Positions 14,590 through 26,670 of a DNA stretch of 64,000 nt are shown here, piece by piece. Made by a program: the position numbers and the translations under genes. The stretch covers positions 66,032,001 to 66,096,000 of the forward strand of contig NC_087436.1 of the NCBI RefSeq assembly GCF_036321535.1. Reading direction: 5' to 3'. A model generated the notes under the pieces. That model searched no databases, was not told the DNA's origin, and saw only the letters and a list, made by a program, of their open reading frames with translations. Source of the stretch: Camelus dromedarius (Eukaryota). Each line of letters opens with the position of its first letter. Position 1 is the first letter of the stretch.

Positions 14590-14765
14590 AATATTGTGAA
14601 GACATTTCTGAGTATCTTCCTTAAAATTGTCACAACAGCAGGGAGTATGCTACTGGAATCACGTGGGTGCTAAACACCATACGATGCATACGCTACTGCC
14701 CACAACACGGAATATTCTATCCCCAACAGCAGAAGTGTTAAATCTGACAGATAAAGGTCTACTAG
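14590..14765 (+). mobile_element. MER20-like hAT DNA transposon
   Basis: tgctactggaatc..gtgggtgctaaacaccatacgatgca...cccacaacacggaatatt resembles the recalled MER20 consensus. Confidence 0.6.
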
Positions 14766-14887
14766 GGCCATGCAAGTAATGCAAAATGAACTGAGGCCAG
14801 AAACACATAATCCCTGTTCCCCTACAAATCTGCTATAAAAATAGAACATGCATTCATAACAATAAATGGCAACTGAGGTTAACTTTA

Positions 14888-16165
14888 GCAAGATTGTGGA
14901 ATAAGAGGTCCTCCGCTCTAGTCCTTCTCATAGAAACACCAATATCCATAAAGAATACCTTTGTGAGAATTCTGGAACACCAGAGAAAGTTCACAGTTCA
15001 CCCATGGAGCAAAAAGCAAACCCAAGCAAATAAAAACCTGAGAAGAACTGCAGTAAAGGGACAAGAATAGTTGCGTTTTGTCCACATCACCCCTCCCCCA
15101 AGCTGCCAGAGCCAGCGCTGGGAAGGGGGGCGGGGAGCACGTCTGATTTGTCCCCTAAGGGAGAGACCGAGTTGGAAGTCCAACTTCTTAAGCCCTTTGG
15201 ACGCTGCCGAAGAGAACCACTTCTGTCTCAACTCACACAGAAGACTGGGTGAAACTGTCACGGTGAGACCACATGGGGACAGCTAGGAATAGGGACAGGT
15301 CTTCAGCGGCCAGGGCAGGAAAATCCCGGTGATGGCCTCTCGCCCCCGCACGCCCACCCCCTACAGCAGCCTGGCCAACCCAGACCCACTGAGGGGCCCA
15401 TCAGGAGCTTCGCCCCACCACATAGCTCTGAGGACCAGCCACATCCAACTGAGGAGCTGACCACAACTTCCCTCTGGCACAGGGCTCCCCAGGGTCCCCC
15501 CACCCCCCACAGCTAGACGTCGAAGCTGGTCAGGAGCCTCTTTGGAGAATTTTTGAGCCCTGCCTGAGGTCAGGCAGTCGGGGACCCCACCTACCGGTGC
15601 CAACTGCAGAGCCTTATAGGAGGCTTGTCCCTTCGGAAGCCTCACCAGCAGCTCCGCCCATCCCTGGAGCCAGTCAGGAGCCCTCTCCACGGTGAAGGCC
15701 TGTCAGGGGCAGCGTGACCACAGAGCCCGGCCAGCCTCACCACGGGCCAGCCCTGCCTGCTGGCCACGCCCAAACCGGAAGCCCCCTCAGGCACCGCCCA
15801 TCACCGAGCAGCCCCTGGCCTTGTGGGACTGCAGAGTTCTGTCAGCCCGCTTCGTCTGAGCGCGGTGAAGCCCCAGTGGCCCGGGCAGAATGCAGAGCCC
15901 TGCTAGACAGACACGACATACTGCAGGGCCCCAACAGCGGAACCTGCCCCACCTTGGACCCTGGCAACAGGTCTCCCAAAAAGGCAGAGACCTCTCAGCG
16001 GGCCCTGCCCAATCTCCCAGTTCTGTCAGGCAGACCCTCAGGGGCAGAGCCCCGGCAAGGGGAACCACCTTACTACAGACACCGCAAACTCACCTGACCA
16101 GAACTGTGGATTGGCCTGAGCTTGGCTCACACGCTCCGGAACTTTCCAGGTGAAATCAAACTGGT
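14888..16165 (+). mobile_element. L1 (L1M-type) 5'UTR fragment, GC/CpG-rich, no ORF1 downstream
   Basis: Begins caagattgtggaataagaggtc...tagaaacaccaa...aagaatacctttgtgagaa, resembling the L1M 5' end (aagatggcggaatag...). Degenerate internal gcagagccc/gtcagg subrepeats. About 40 CpGs hand-counted in 15070-16205. Confidence 0.6.
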
Positions 16166-16168
16166 CCC

Positions 16169-16546
16169 GTCGTGGAGGGCAGGGAGAGATGAAAGAAAGA
16201 GACCGAGCACTCCAGATTGGTAGGTGGCAAATTTAATAAATAAGAAATTTAAATACAAGACATCTCTTGGGTAATGGCAAGACAAGTAAATCTCTACACC
16301 CACAGGCCAGAATCTTAAAAGTTTACACAGAGGCCTGGACTGGATTCAGTTACCTGTGCTGTCTAGGTAGTCTCAGTAGCACCTTACTATCTCCAGGCTG
16401 TGACTTTGAAGCAGCTTCTGGTGCAGAGGAGGAAAGGGGAATAGCCATTTCAAGGACAGGAGAGAGGGGATGGGAAGCTTCCAGTTTCCCAGGTCTAGTT
16501 TGCCGGTCAGTAGGCAGTCATAGCCTGTCGATAACCTCCTCCAGCA
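16169..16546 (-). mobile_element. 3' LTR of the class III-like ERV
   Basis: On the minus strand it begins TG (tgctggaggagg) right after a purine tract gagggatggag (16547-16557, PPT). An ATTAAA polyA signal lies near 16231-16236. The distal boundary is approximate. Confidence 0.7.
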
Positions 16547-16639
16547 CTCCATCCCTCGGGACCAGCTCTTACAATCCTACATGTTCCCTGTTGAGCAATG
16601 TGCCCTGAGTGGTCAGCAAGGTTTTCATTAGTATAGAGG

Positions 16640-17900
16640 TGGCTTATTTGGTGGCTGTTTGGCTGCAGTGAAGGCAGATACAACAGCAGCTGTATAGGCA
16701 TGTGCGTAGAAAAGGCAGATTAAGATAATGATTCACAAAATAAATAACATTTTTTTTTTCCACCAAGAGCCCTATGATCTGAAGCACTGATTTATTAAAT
16801 CCCCCAAGCTGGGAGTACGATCACTTAGGGTGTTCCCTTGTGTCCTCATGTGGTTTAATAAAGATCGTACATTAGCAGACTCATCAGGTATGAACACACA
16901 ACATTTGATTTGAGTAATTACACAGGTGCCTTCTTGCAAAGCAATGATAATGTCCAAGGCCATCCTATTTTGGAGGACAGCTTTTTTCATTAGAGAAATT
17001 TTAGTGTTCAGTAAAGACAGACTTTGTTACTATCACTTAAGGCTTCCTGGGTGGATATAGTCAGGGCTTCTATGTGTGCTATAAAATCCTCCAGGCCAAT
17101 AAAGGGAACAAAGATAGTGACCAAATGATTATACCAAGGAAAACAGAATATGCCCATCTGGCCTTGAGGAGAGGGAGGTTGGCAATTGTTGTTACCATGT
17201 GGCGGATTCTCCTCTGTGCCAGGGAAAACCTAAGGTGCAGAAGCCCAACCACCTGGGTGGAAGCCAAGGCCAAAGTTTTGTGCCACACAATCACTGGGTC
17301 CCCTTCAGGGCTACTCAGTAAGTATGGGCAGCATGACCAGTCAGTGCCAAACTAGTAAATATCTTTTAATATGACAGAATGAATGCACAGTTCTGGTCAT
17401 ATTCATCTCATATTCTTGATATAATGGGGTTGGTTCTGTTTAGAGTGATTTTTTTTTGTTGCCACAGTAGAGGTGCATGAGTACTAAAATGTCCATAACC
17501 CAGAATAAGGCACATGGAAACCATCCCAAACCTGAGTATAGCCCCTACCAATGGCTCTGATGGTGGTATTTTTAGGACCCTTCAGGTTGGGCTGCCTGTA
17601 TAATTTGCTTGACAGGTGAAGAATGCCCATGTCCTGGGTTATTGATGGTGTGTGCCACAGGCCAGGTTTCTGGATCAGTGTTGGTAATATAGGATGACTT
17701 AAGAGTACTGGTTCTAGCTGTTCTTCCTTAATATACTGCTTTAGGGCCTTCCAGTCCCTTGCCTGGAGGGGCAATACCCACCATGGCAATCCTGACAAGC
17801 TAGAGAGGGACAGCTGCCCACATACCCAGCAGTTGGATTGATTTCTTTGCTGAGGATACACTGTAAAAGGTATTTTCATCAGGTGCCTATCTCCTAACCT
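16640..17900 (-). pseudogene. env: Gamma-type retroviral env (SU+TM), frameshifted with stops
   Basis: SU: NQSNCWVCGQL..SGLPWWVLPLQ (CWVC at 17820-17831) and GTQ*LCGTKLWPWLPPRWLGFCTLGFPW. Decayed cleavage site KARWAYS. Fusion region WYNHLVTIFVPFIGLEDFIAHIEALT. ISD LQNRMALD (16952-16975) and CX6CC CVITQIKCC (16898-16924). Then RS*GSWWKK, a hydrophobic anchor and a Cys-rich tail. Confidence 0.92.
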
Positions 17901-17941
17901 ATCTCCTGACCAGACACTGCTGGAGCAGAAGAAGTTTAAGA

Positions 17942-20900
17942 TCAAAAAAACAGATATTTAGTAAGAACTTGTATGAGTTCTTCCCCTTCTATAAGAATTA
18001 CACTTGTGGCCTGATCCTTAGATGTTAATGTGGCTGCACCTTTAGGAATTTGACCTGGTTGTGCATACCATGCATGTTGGCCAGGTGAGGCAGCAGTGTC
18101 AGGCATGAGGAGATGGACTGGAGGCAGGATATGCCAGACCAGGACCCATACCTTCTTTCCACTCTCAATGTTCCATTCCAATTATGGTACTTTTTAACAA
18201 GACTGGCTTGTAGCAGAACAATGGGATCCCAGTGGAGATTAAGAAGTTCCCCCTCATGCAGGAGTGTGAAGTAACTCACCCATCTTCGTGGGATGTACCC
18301 TGCAAATTCCAGTAGTTAACCCCTTTCCAGGCATAATAGGACATGGTATTCTCAGCAGCATAGCAGGTTGATCCAAGGTGAGCATTAGGGCAGTGGTTGT
18401 TTCCTGTGACTTCCATACCTTTATGGTGTTGGGTATTTCAGCAGGGGTCCCAGTCTGGCATATGGGGCAACAGGCCATATTTGTTCATCATTTAAATGTA
18501 TTAAAGCCTGGGGTAGTACTCTAGTCCACTCACCAAGGTGGTTTGATCTGTTAGTAATGTAATCTGCTACTTTAGTGTTCCATGGATGACTGACCCCTGC
18601 GGCTGGCTTGCAGGTATATAGGGGAGATGGAACCTCCATTCAATGTAATGCTCTTCTGCCCAGTTTTGCACATCATGACCTTTGAAATGTGTCCCCTGAT
18701 CACTGTCTATTTGATGAGGGTATCCATACATGGTATTCAGCAACCCTAATCCCCTAATGGCTGCACCTTGGTTTGCAAGGCCACTGTGAAAAGTGGGTTA
18801 GGCCAGATGTAATGCCTATACAAACCAGGGCATATTTGGAACACTCATGCAGAGGGAAGAGGCCAATATAATCAATTTGCCAATATCTCACTGGTTGGGA
18901 AATTCATTGGATGACCCTAGACTCCTTCAGAAGTTGCCTTGGGTATGGTTTAGAACACAGAGGACATGCTGTTACTGCATTAACCAAGTAGTATTTCAGG
19001 AACAATTCAGCATCCTTGGCAATATGTCATTCCACCCAGAGGGTGGCCTCTTTTTATGGATCTGTTCTTCTGTGTCTACTGAAGGGTCAGTTGCCAGGGC
19101 TTGTTACCTGAGCTAAGGCATCAGCTTCCTGATTGCAAAGGGGTATCAGCTCTCTATGAGCCAGTTTGTGGAAGACAGTAAGGACAGCCTCAGGCTCTTG
19201 CAAGTGAACTCAAATGTCTGTGCACATATCCTGACCCAACAAGGACTTATTCATGATCATCTACTCCTTGTCTTCCCCCTGTCCAAGACATAGAATTAAT
19301 CCCTTTAGAATAGCCCAACTGTCTGCAGAGGGAGAGATAATGGCCAGAGTGTATGAGTCATCCTAACCGCTCTGAGTTGACCCACCGGCTGCTGTAGTTT
19401 GTTCTTGTTCTCATCCAGGCGGTGTCAGTGTTGGGCTGAATAGTGACTGCAGTCCATGTGGATGGAATGCTGGACTAGATACATCAGTTTACCAGCATCA
19501 GCAGGAATTTCCCCCAGTCCCTCTCTACAGGCCACAAGGTCACCACAGAATAGGGGCAGGGGCTTTTGTAAGATGTACATATTCTATAGAGCATAATAGC
19601 ATGTGCAGTTTTAGAGACAGAGGACAAGGTGCTACTTTGCTGCAAACAGGCCTGCCACTTAGTCAAAGTGGGAGTCTGAGCCATAGACTGAGCCATAGGG
19701 GTGGGTCCATGGAACATATTCCCAAACCACCCCCTGATAAGAAGGGAAGTTCTTACCTCAATATGTTCTTCTTTTATGAGAGGTTTTTCCTGGAGGAACA
19801 CTGTGTACATTGCTAGGAGCCGTTGCTTAAGGAGGTATACAGGTTTCTGTCCTCTTCCAGAGCTGGGAACAAAATTCTAGAGGTACTCTCTTATGATGTC
19901 TCTGCACACGCCATACCTTCCAGAGTCACAGATACATCTAAATCAAATGATAGCCCTTCTTGGGTGATGCCTGGGGCTTTAATCTGCTTCACTAGTATTT
20001 TTGACTTCTTAAAGGCAGCTTGCTGCTCTTATCCTCAGCCCCACCCCTTACAAGGCAGTGTAAGGGATGGCAGCACTATGCCAGGGGAATAAATATCTTC
20101 CAGAAACTCTAAATCCCTACAAAGGCTTATATCATTCTCAATCTTAAGGGTTGGATAGGCTTTCACTGTATCAATCACAGTTTCTGGAAGAGTGCACATC
20201 TTACTTGACAACTCCCCAGAACTTTATAGCTGTGCTTGGGACTTGAATTTTCTGCGGATTCACTTCCCATCCTCTTTCTCACAAATGTTCCAGCAGTCTG
20301 CAGAGACAGGTCTTCACGTGTTAACATTATGTCATCGATGTAATAGGCCCCTTTTACTAATGTGAGGAAGGAGAACAGGGACAGGTCTCAGGTTACCATC
20401 CCATGATATATTATGGGGCTGCGCTTGAGGAAGCACTGAAAGGTACCTTGTTGACTTTCCAATGTGTAGGCAGATTGACCTGTGACTTGTCAGCTTGGGT
20501 TTATTGAGAAAAGCATTTGCTAAGTTCGGTGTAGCATGGTACACTTCTAGGACCATGGCCGAAGTATCTAAATTGGTGGCAGTGTTGTGTACAGCTGCAT
20601 GGTTGGACAGCACTACCTGGTTCAGTTCTCAGTAGTCTTCTGTCATCTACCATGAGCCATCTGACTTCTCTACTGGCCATTCCAAACTGTTGAAAGCACT
20701 ATGGGCAGGGTTTACAATTCCCACTTGCTGCAGTTCTTGGGTGCCTTCTCCTGTTTCCTTATGCCTCCCCCTACCCCAGCTGTTTGACAATATTTATATT
20801 GTTTGACAATAACCACTCTTCCTGGGGGTAGCAGGCTTATCAGTTCCCAGTGGGTGTTTGCTTCAGCACTGCTTTGATTACTCTAACCTGGAGGAATTCA

Positions 20901-21200
20901 CCAATAGAGGTTTGCAGAGTTTGACCTTGTCAATATCAATACCCAATATGTTCTCTGGTACTGGAGAGATTAAAAACTCATTTTCTCATGAGAGAGAACA
21001 TACAATTTGCAGTGTCGGAGGAACATTCCTAACCATTTGTATTTCATGTATAGATGGCACTGAGGGGGCCAGAAAACGTCTGATGGTTACCATGTACTAG
21101 AGTAAATTTGGCTCTGCTGTCAACCGGAGCTATCACCTTTTGTTTATTTCTAGGGGAGTACTAGAGAATAGAAAGATGGGGGTTCTGATCACCCTCAACG
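17942..21200 (-). pseudogene. pol: Class III (ERV-L/ERV-S-like) pro-pol: protease, RT, RNase H, integrase; disrupted
   Basis: Protease: VIAPVDSRAKFTLVHGN (~21090-21140) and ISPVPENILGIDI. RT: SAFNSLEWPVEKSDGSW*MTEDY*ELNQVV (~20615-20700), NLANAF and YIDDIML (YIDD at 20331-20342). RH: DSWAILKGL (~19300). IN: WQIDYIG (~18865-18885) and YGYPHQIDSDQGTHFKGHDVQNWAEEHYIEWRFHLPY (~18620-18730). Confidence 0.92.
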
Positions 21201-21459
21201 GCCCTCACCTGGAGGTAGTCTTGGCTTTTATCCTTTACCTGAGGTGTGGGAGGCACCCACCCTGAGTAGGTCTCTCAGGAAACAGAAGGGGCAACAGGAA
21301 GTGGACAGATCTGAAGTGTTATTCAGATTTTAAAGATAACAAAAATGTATTTGTGATGTCTTAATATTTAAATGTTGCCAGCAAAAGCACACTTTTTTTT
21401 AAACAAGATATGGAATAACAAAGTATGGTACAAATAAATTACGTGTAGGCTTAATTCAG

Positions 21460-21900
21460 CAGAACTTAGTAATGTGGAGGTTGTTGGTGACTATCAAAAA
21501 CAGTCTCAGTGTTGTATTGGGACCAAAACCTACTTCAAGTTGTTTGGGAAATATAGGGAGGTGAGGATGCAGATTAACTTACTATATATATGCTTTTGAA
21601 AAATTGTGATATGAGAAGGAAATGAATAATGAATTTATAGCTGTAAAAGTATATGGATTCAATTTGAATCAAATAAATATATATATGAGGTGAAATTTTA
21701 GATCTTATTTGTATGCAAATAAGAATGATTTAGTAGAGAGAAATAGGAGCTGATCATATATCAGACAAAAGCACTGATTGCAATAATGAGATCTCAGAAT
21801 GAAAAATATAGATTCCAGAGCAAAAACAGAGGCCTTGATTTTATAGAGAAATTTAAAATTTACACTAAAAGTTAAGAAAATAGAGAAAAAGGTAGTAGGT
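21460..21900 (-). mobile_element. L2 fragment
   Basis: ggaggttgttggtgactatcaaaaacagtctcagtg...gggaggtgagga resembles the L2 ORF2 region. Confidence 0.6.
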
Positions 21901-23629
21901 ACAGGGAGGATTGTACATTTGGAAGTGAGATGAAAAATATCTGTTTCTTTTTAGGTCAGAGTACAATGTATTGGCTAAATATTACTTAAATACATATACA
22001 TTAAATTCCATGTGTCCAGGTATTCTGATAATCACACTATATGCTTGAAGACATAAATATTCTATGTACACTGAATTACTTTGCATTATATGGACGTTAC
22101 TGATACTATCAGTGTGATGTCTGTAAGTTTTTTTTATATTTAAAAATATATGTAGTAGTTTCTTGGATAAGTATATCTATATTTATGATATAGAGTATCA
22201 TCTATGCCAAATCCAATCATTAATTTTAAATGTGTAGTTGTGCTTTGTTATGGATGACTGTAAAATTGTTCACATGTATAAAAATCTCCCTATGGATAAA
22301 AGTACATAATGTAAGAGATGAGAGAGAGAAAGATTGAGAGAGATAGAAACAACTGATACTATGTGGATATATTTGCATAGTTATATATAAATATAATGAT
22401 GTTATAAATCTATTATTTGAGAAAAATAGAGAAAAAATTAAGTAAACTTGAAATGAATAGATTAATATTGGATTATGCATATTGAATAATTGCTGAACAA
22501 GTATTGTTGCAGACAACAGCATACAGTTTAATTTTTGAATTATTATTTCAACAAAAAAACTTGAATTTCTTGCTATTTTCCTAAGCAGTTTATTTTGCAC
22601 AGCTACATGCCATTAGTGCTTTAATCTGCTAATCAACCAAAATAACTTGACCCAGAAAAACTTGCTTTCAATTATCAGCAATAATAGAAATGTTATTGAT
22701 TCCAGTATGTGACAAATTCATAGCTACAAATATTTCTAAAACCTATAAAACCATTTAACTTCCAATAAAAGAATTTTCCTAACTGTTCAGAATCATACTC
22801 ATGACTATCAAAATGTTAATAGTTCTTTTTCAAAATGCTTCCATTGCCCAGTAAAATTTAACAGTCAAATTTTTACCTTTTTTTGACATTGTCAGTTCAA
22901 ATTAGTATATTAAAAATATGATAAACCCTGCAGTAAATCTTTACTATATTGTTTCAAAATATGTTTGGAGGCAGCAGCTTTATTTATCCTCAAAGGTAAC
23001 CTATAGATACGCCTTGAGAAGTGAGATATTACTCTTCAGACATCAGGAAGGAAAATGCTATTGTAGGATATTCACTATGCCTTCATGTTTAAGGGGAAGA
23101 AAAACAGGGTTTATAAATATACCTATTAAAAACAGCAAAGTTTTGTTTGTGTTTATGTGTATATATTTTGTTTAATGACATTCTCTCCTTCTCTGGAGAG
23201 CCAACATCTTAATTAGGAATAAAGTAAAAGCCATCTGACTTAAACCTTAATGTGAGATGTCTTTTTTTTCCAAAACAATTCTATCACTCTACCATAAATT
23301 ACTCTCTTCCTGGTCTCCCAGGATCAGAAGTTTTTCCTCCCTTCCAATTCTGGCAATTGGATTTGGTAAAGAACAAGCAGAATTTTGGCAAACTCCAATA
23401 GCCAGGACATAAAGGAGTTACAAAAACTAGTGTAAGAGAAAGTTTTAAAAGGATTTTGTTTTCTGGACACTATTCATTTAACTTGATTGAAAAGAAATAG
23501 GAAAGTTAGTCATAACAACCATATAAAAAGAGATTTTTGTGGTCATCTAGTTGGTTGTACATTGTTCTATGTACTAAGTACATAATTGCATTAAATTGCT
23601 GATATCTTAATTTCAAGTGCATTTTAACA

Positions 23630-23855
23630 ACCATCTGAGGCTTCACCTTCTTTAAGGGCTTACCTGCATAGGTCAGGCCCTCCCAGGATAATCTTCCTTT
23701 TGATTTACTCAAGGCAACTGACTAACAAAAACTCTTGGGAGTGATAACCCATCATATTCATAGGTCTTACCCACACTCATGTGGAGTGTTTTATAGAAGG
23801 GAGGGCAATAAATGTATAGATCATTTGATAATCAGTTTAAGGTTCTATCTACCAT
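23630..23855 (-). mobile_element. MLT1E/F-like LTR fragment
   Basis: aggtcaggccctcccaggataatcttccttttgatttactcaa, gggagtgataacccatcatattcatagg. Confidence 0.7.
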
Positions 23856-26163
23856 GATCCTCATTTAACCTCTTCCCTCCCAGTGATTAAAACTTTAAAA
23901 AATATTGTCCATAAAACTTTGGAAGATATTAAATTTTTCAAATGAGCCATAGAGTACAAATGGAGTGAGAGTGCTCAATCACTTCTTGTAGGTGAAATTG
24001 AACTGTGCTGGTGAGTTTCTCTGACAAAGACAAGAAGTAATGGAGGGATGGAGTGAGGAAGTAAAGCAGGGAGGGAGGGAGGAAGGAAAGAGGAAAGAAA
24101 AAAATTGTTAGGCTAAATATATTTTGTAATGCTATCTCAAAATCTATTATGATTGGAAGATTGCTTGAAAAATAAATTAAAAATCTGTCTACATTTAAGT
24201 TTTAAGAAGCAATATGTAATATACTATAATTGGTTATTCTTTCCTGTCTCACAGTTAATCTTGCAAAGTAGAAACCAGGTGAAGTGAACTTGGAAAATTT
24301 ACCTTCTATCTCTACCCCTATTAGTCATTCCTTAACATAGGAGAAGGAATAATTTGGCAAGCAAATGAGTTTTGCATAACCAGTGTGCATGTTCTACTCA
24401 TTTCTTCTGGGCAATTCCTTCTGTATTTACCGGTAGATAGGACATCACACTGCTCTGATTTCCAACCCATGGAGCTTCATATCCATATTTCCAACCCATG
24501 GAGCTTCAAAACCTGTGGTTTTTTACTTCTCTCTGATTCTGCATTTGAGCAGTAGAGACAGAAATACTAATCATCGACTCCCTAATACATCAAAAAGTAC
24601 TTAATGCCTGTAATTATAGAGTGATAAAAGTCAAGTAGAATACCTCTAGAAGAACAAGTTCACGTGCTTTATAATTTTGAGAAGGTTTAATGGTTTTAAT
24701 ATGTTGTGCTCCTATTTCTGAATTATGTTCTTTGGTTAAAGATAGGCATTTTAATCTTTTAACAACTTTTTTAGTTATGCATGCTTTGCACCTGTTTCTG
24801 CAGCTGTTAACCACTGTGTCCTCCAGAATTTTTTTGGACCACATATTAAAAAATTTTATTATTCTATGCTTCCCGTTAGTACTCTAATTTGGTGTCATGA
24901 ATTGGATTTCCACTTCTGAACTGATGATATGCCAATTTGCCAGGAACATAATTTCTGAAACCCTGAGGATATCTGCTCAATGCCGTATTTACTATAGGGC
25001 ATCAGAGTTTGAACATCAGGTAATTGGTTAGCTCTTAATGTCAGATAAGCCTGATTGCGTTCAGGAGGATTTTGGCATAGATTACACATCTACATCCTAG
25101 TTCTGTCACATTCATAGAGAGGAAAACATTGACACTCCACTGTGTTAACCAAGTTATTAATTATAGATTTCTACTATTTCTACATCAGATACAATGGTCA
25201 GGGTGGCATGCCTCTAAGTATGTTTACAGAGTGAATATATGGTTATAACAAAATCTCATTTTAAAGTTATTTCATATTATTTTTGAATGCTTCCAAAGTC
25301 TTATTCATTACATGGGTTTTAGCATTCCGTATCACACAATCACACTTTTTCAGAAACTTAAATTTTAAAGAATAATCCTTATTCTCCTCAAGGCTTAGAA
25401 AATAAGCCTAATGTGGTTACATGCATTTTCTATGTGTTGTCTCATCTGGCAGAACTGATTATTGATCAAAACAACTTGATAGTCTTTGATCTCTTACGAC
25501 CTCAATTTATTTATACTATTTGGAGTAATTACCTTAATTGCTGAAAGATATGTGATAGGCTTGCATACTTGTAATACATATATGTATATATATATATATA
25601 ATTTGAAATTATAATGTGATATTTATGAACAGTAAGAAATTTCTTAAATGTTAACATGTTTTATGGCATATGAATTGTTTACACTTTAAAATGTCCATTT
25701 ATATGTATCTAATAAATTTAATGAAGATTAGGGATTTCCTATCTTAATAATTATTCATTCAATAAGTTTATTTTAGGCACATATATGATGCTAAAACTGA
25801 GGTAAATTACAATACTGTATTTCAGGTGTTTTTATATCAAGTGATATATTTATCATCTTTATAAGATAAAGATGGTCTAATGCACTTTGGTTATTCATTC
25901 TAGGCTAAATATTCATAAAAGCTTCACTTCATTTAAAATTTACAGTTTACATGTATCTCGTAAGTCTGGAATCTATAGTGAACTGCTTCAGTTAATTCTC
26001 CTCAAACCCTATTTATCTATTAATGCATGTATTCATCAAATAAATATGGAGAGTTTAGCTCTATGCAAGGTATCCTTCTAAACCTAAAGATTCAACAGTG
26101 AACTATATAGCTGTGGTACCCAAGTTCATGGAGCTTAAATTTGATAGTGAAAAAAATTATAAA

Positions 26164-26670
26164 TGTAGGATCTTGGGTCTATAACTCTGTTAAAACCACT
26201 CTGTCAATCTCCAAACCTAAATCATCCCTACTTACATTTCAATAGCACTCCTAGTACTGTTGAGCAGACTGGACCAATGAGTATGTAAGGCAGTCACTAA
26301 AACTGCTATTTATTTATTTTGTCCCTGGGTCCACTCCCCTCTAAAAATCTTCAGAAAATTTTCTCCCTTATAATACATCATATCCACTCCCTCCCCTAAT
26401 TTCTACTAACGGCTATAGCCTTGCTTATAAATTTCCCAGAATTTTTGGATAAATGTGTACCTGGGAAACCTCCCTTTTCCCGCATCAACACTCTAGCTAA
26501 TTCTGTTCTAGAACACACAGTTCTCCACTCCCCTGTCATCACATGAATAGACGTTTTTCTTTCTATGTAAGTCAAATTGACTTATACCTGCATTTTTTAC
26601 TTTTTGTGAAGACTTTCTTCACCTTTTTTTAGTTTCTGCCTCCAAGAGATGTTCTGTGGTGTATCTGACA
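26164..26670 (+). mobile_element. Probable solo LTR (ERV1-type, family uncertain)
   Basis: TG...CA bounded (tgtaggatc ... gtggtgtatctgaca) with an internal cttataaa TATA-like box. No clear TSD. Confidence 0.5.

Noticed and set aside
14998..16153. Protein-coding exon(s) suggested by overlapping ORFs in the GC-rich region
   Set aside because: ORFs occur on both strands with low-complexity P/G/A/R content and no domain, as expected from stop-codon depletion in a GC-rich L1 UTR.
16640..17945. Captured syncytin-like or secreted env gene
   Set aside because: Env motifs are spread over several frames with stops, the furin site is decayed, and no continuous ORF or clear signal peptide is present.
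22226..22600. 124-aa hydrophobic ORF
   Set aside because: AT-rich, low-complexity sequence with no recognisable domain or splice context.
24920..24970. C/D box snoRNA (TGATGA...CTGA)
   Set aside because: The box spacing is too short and there is no convincing terminal stem.
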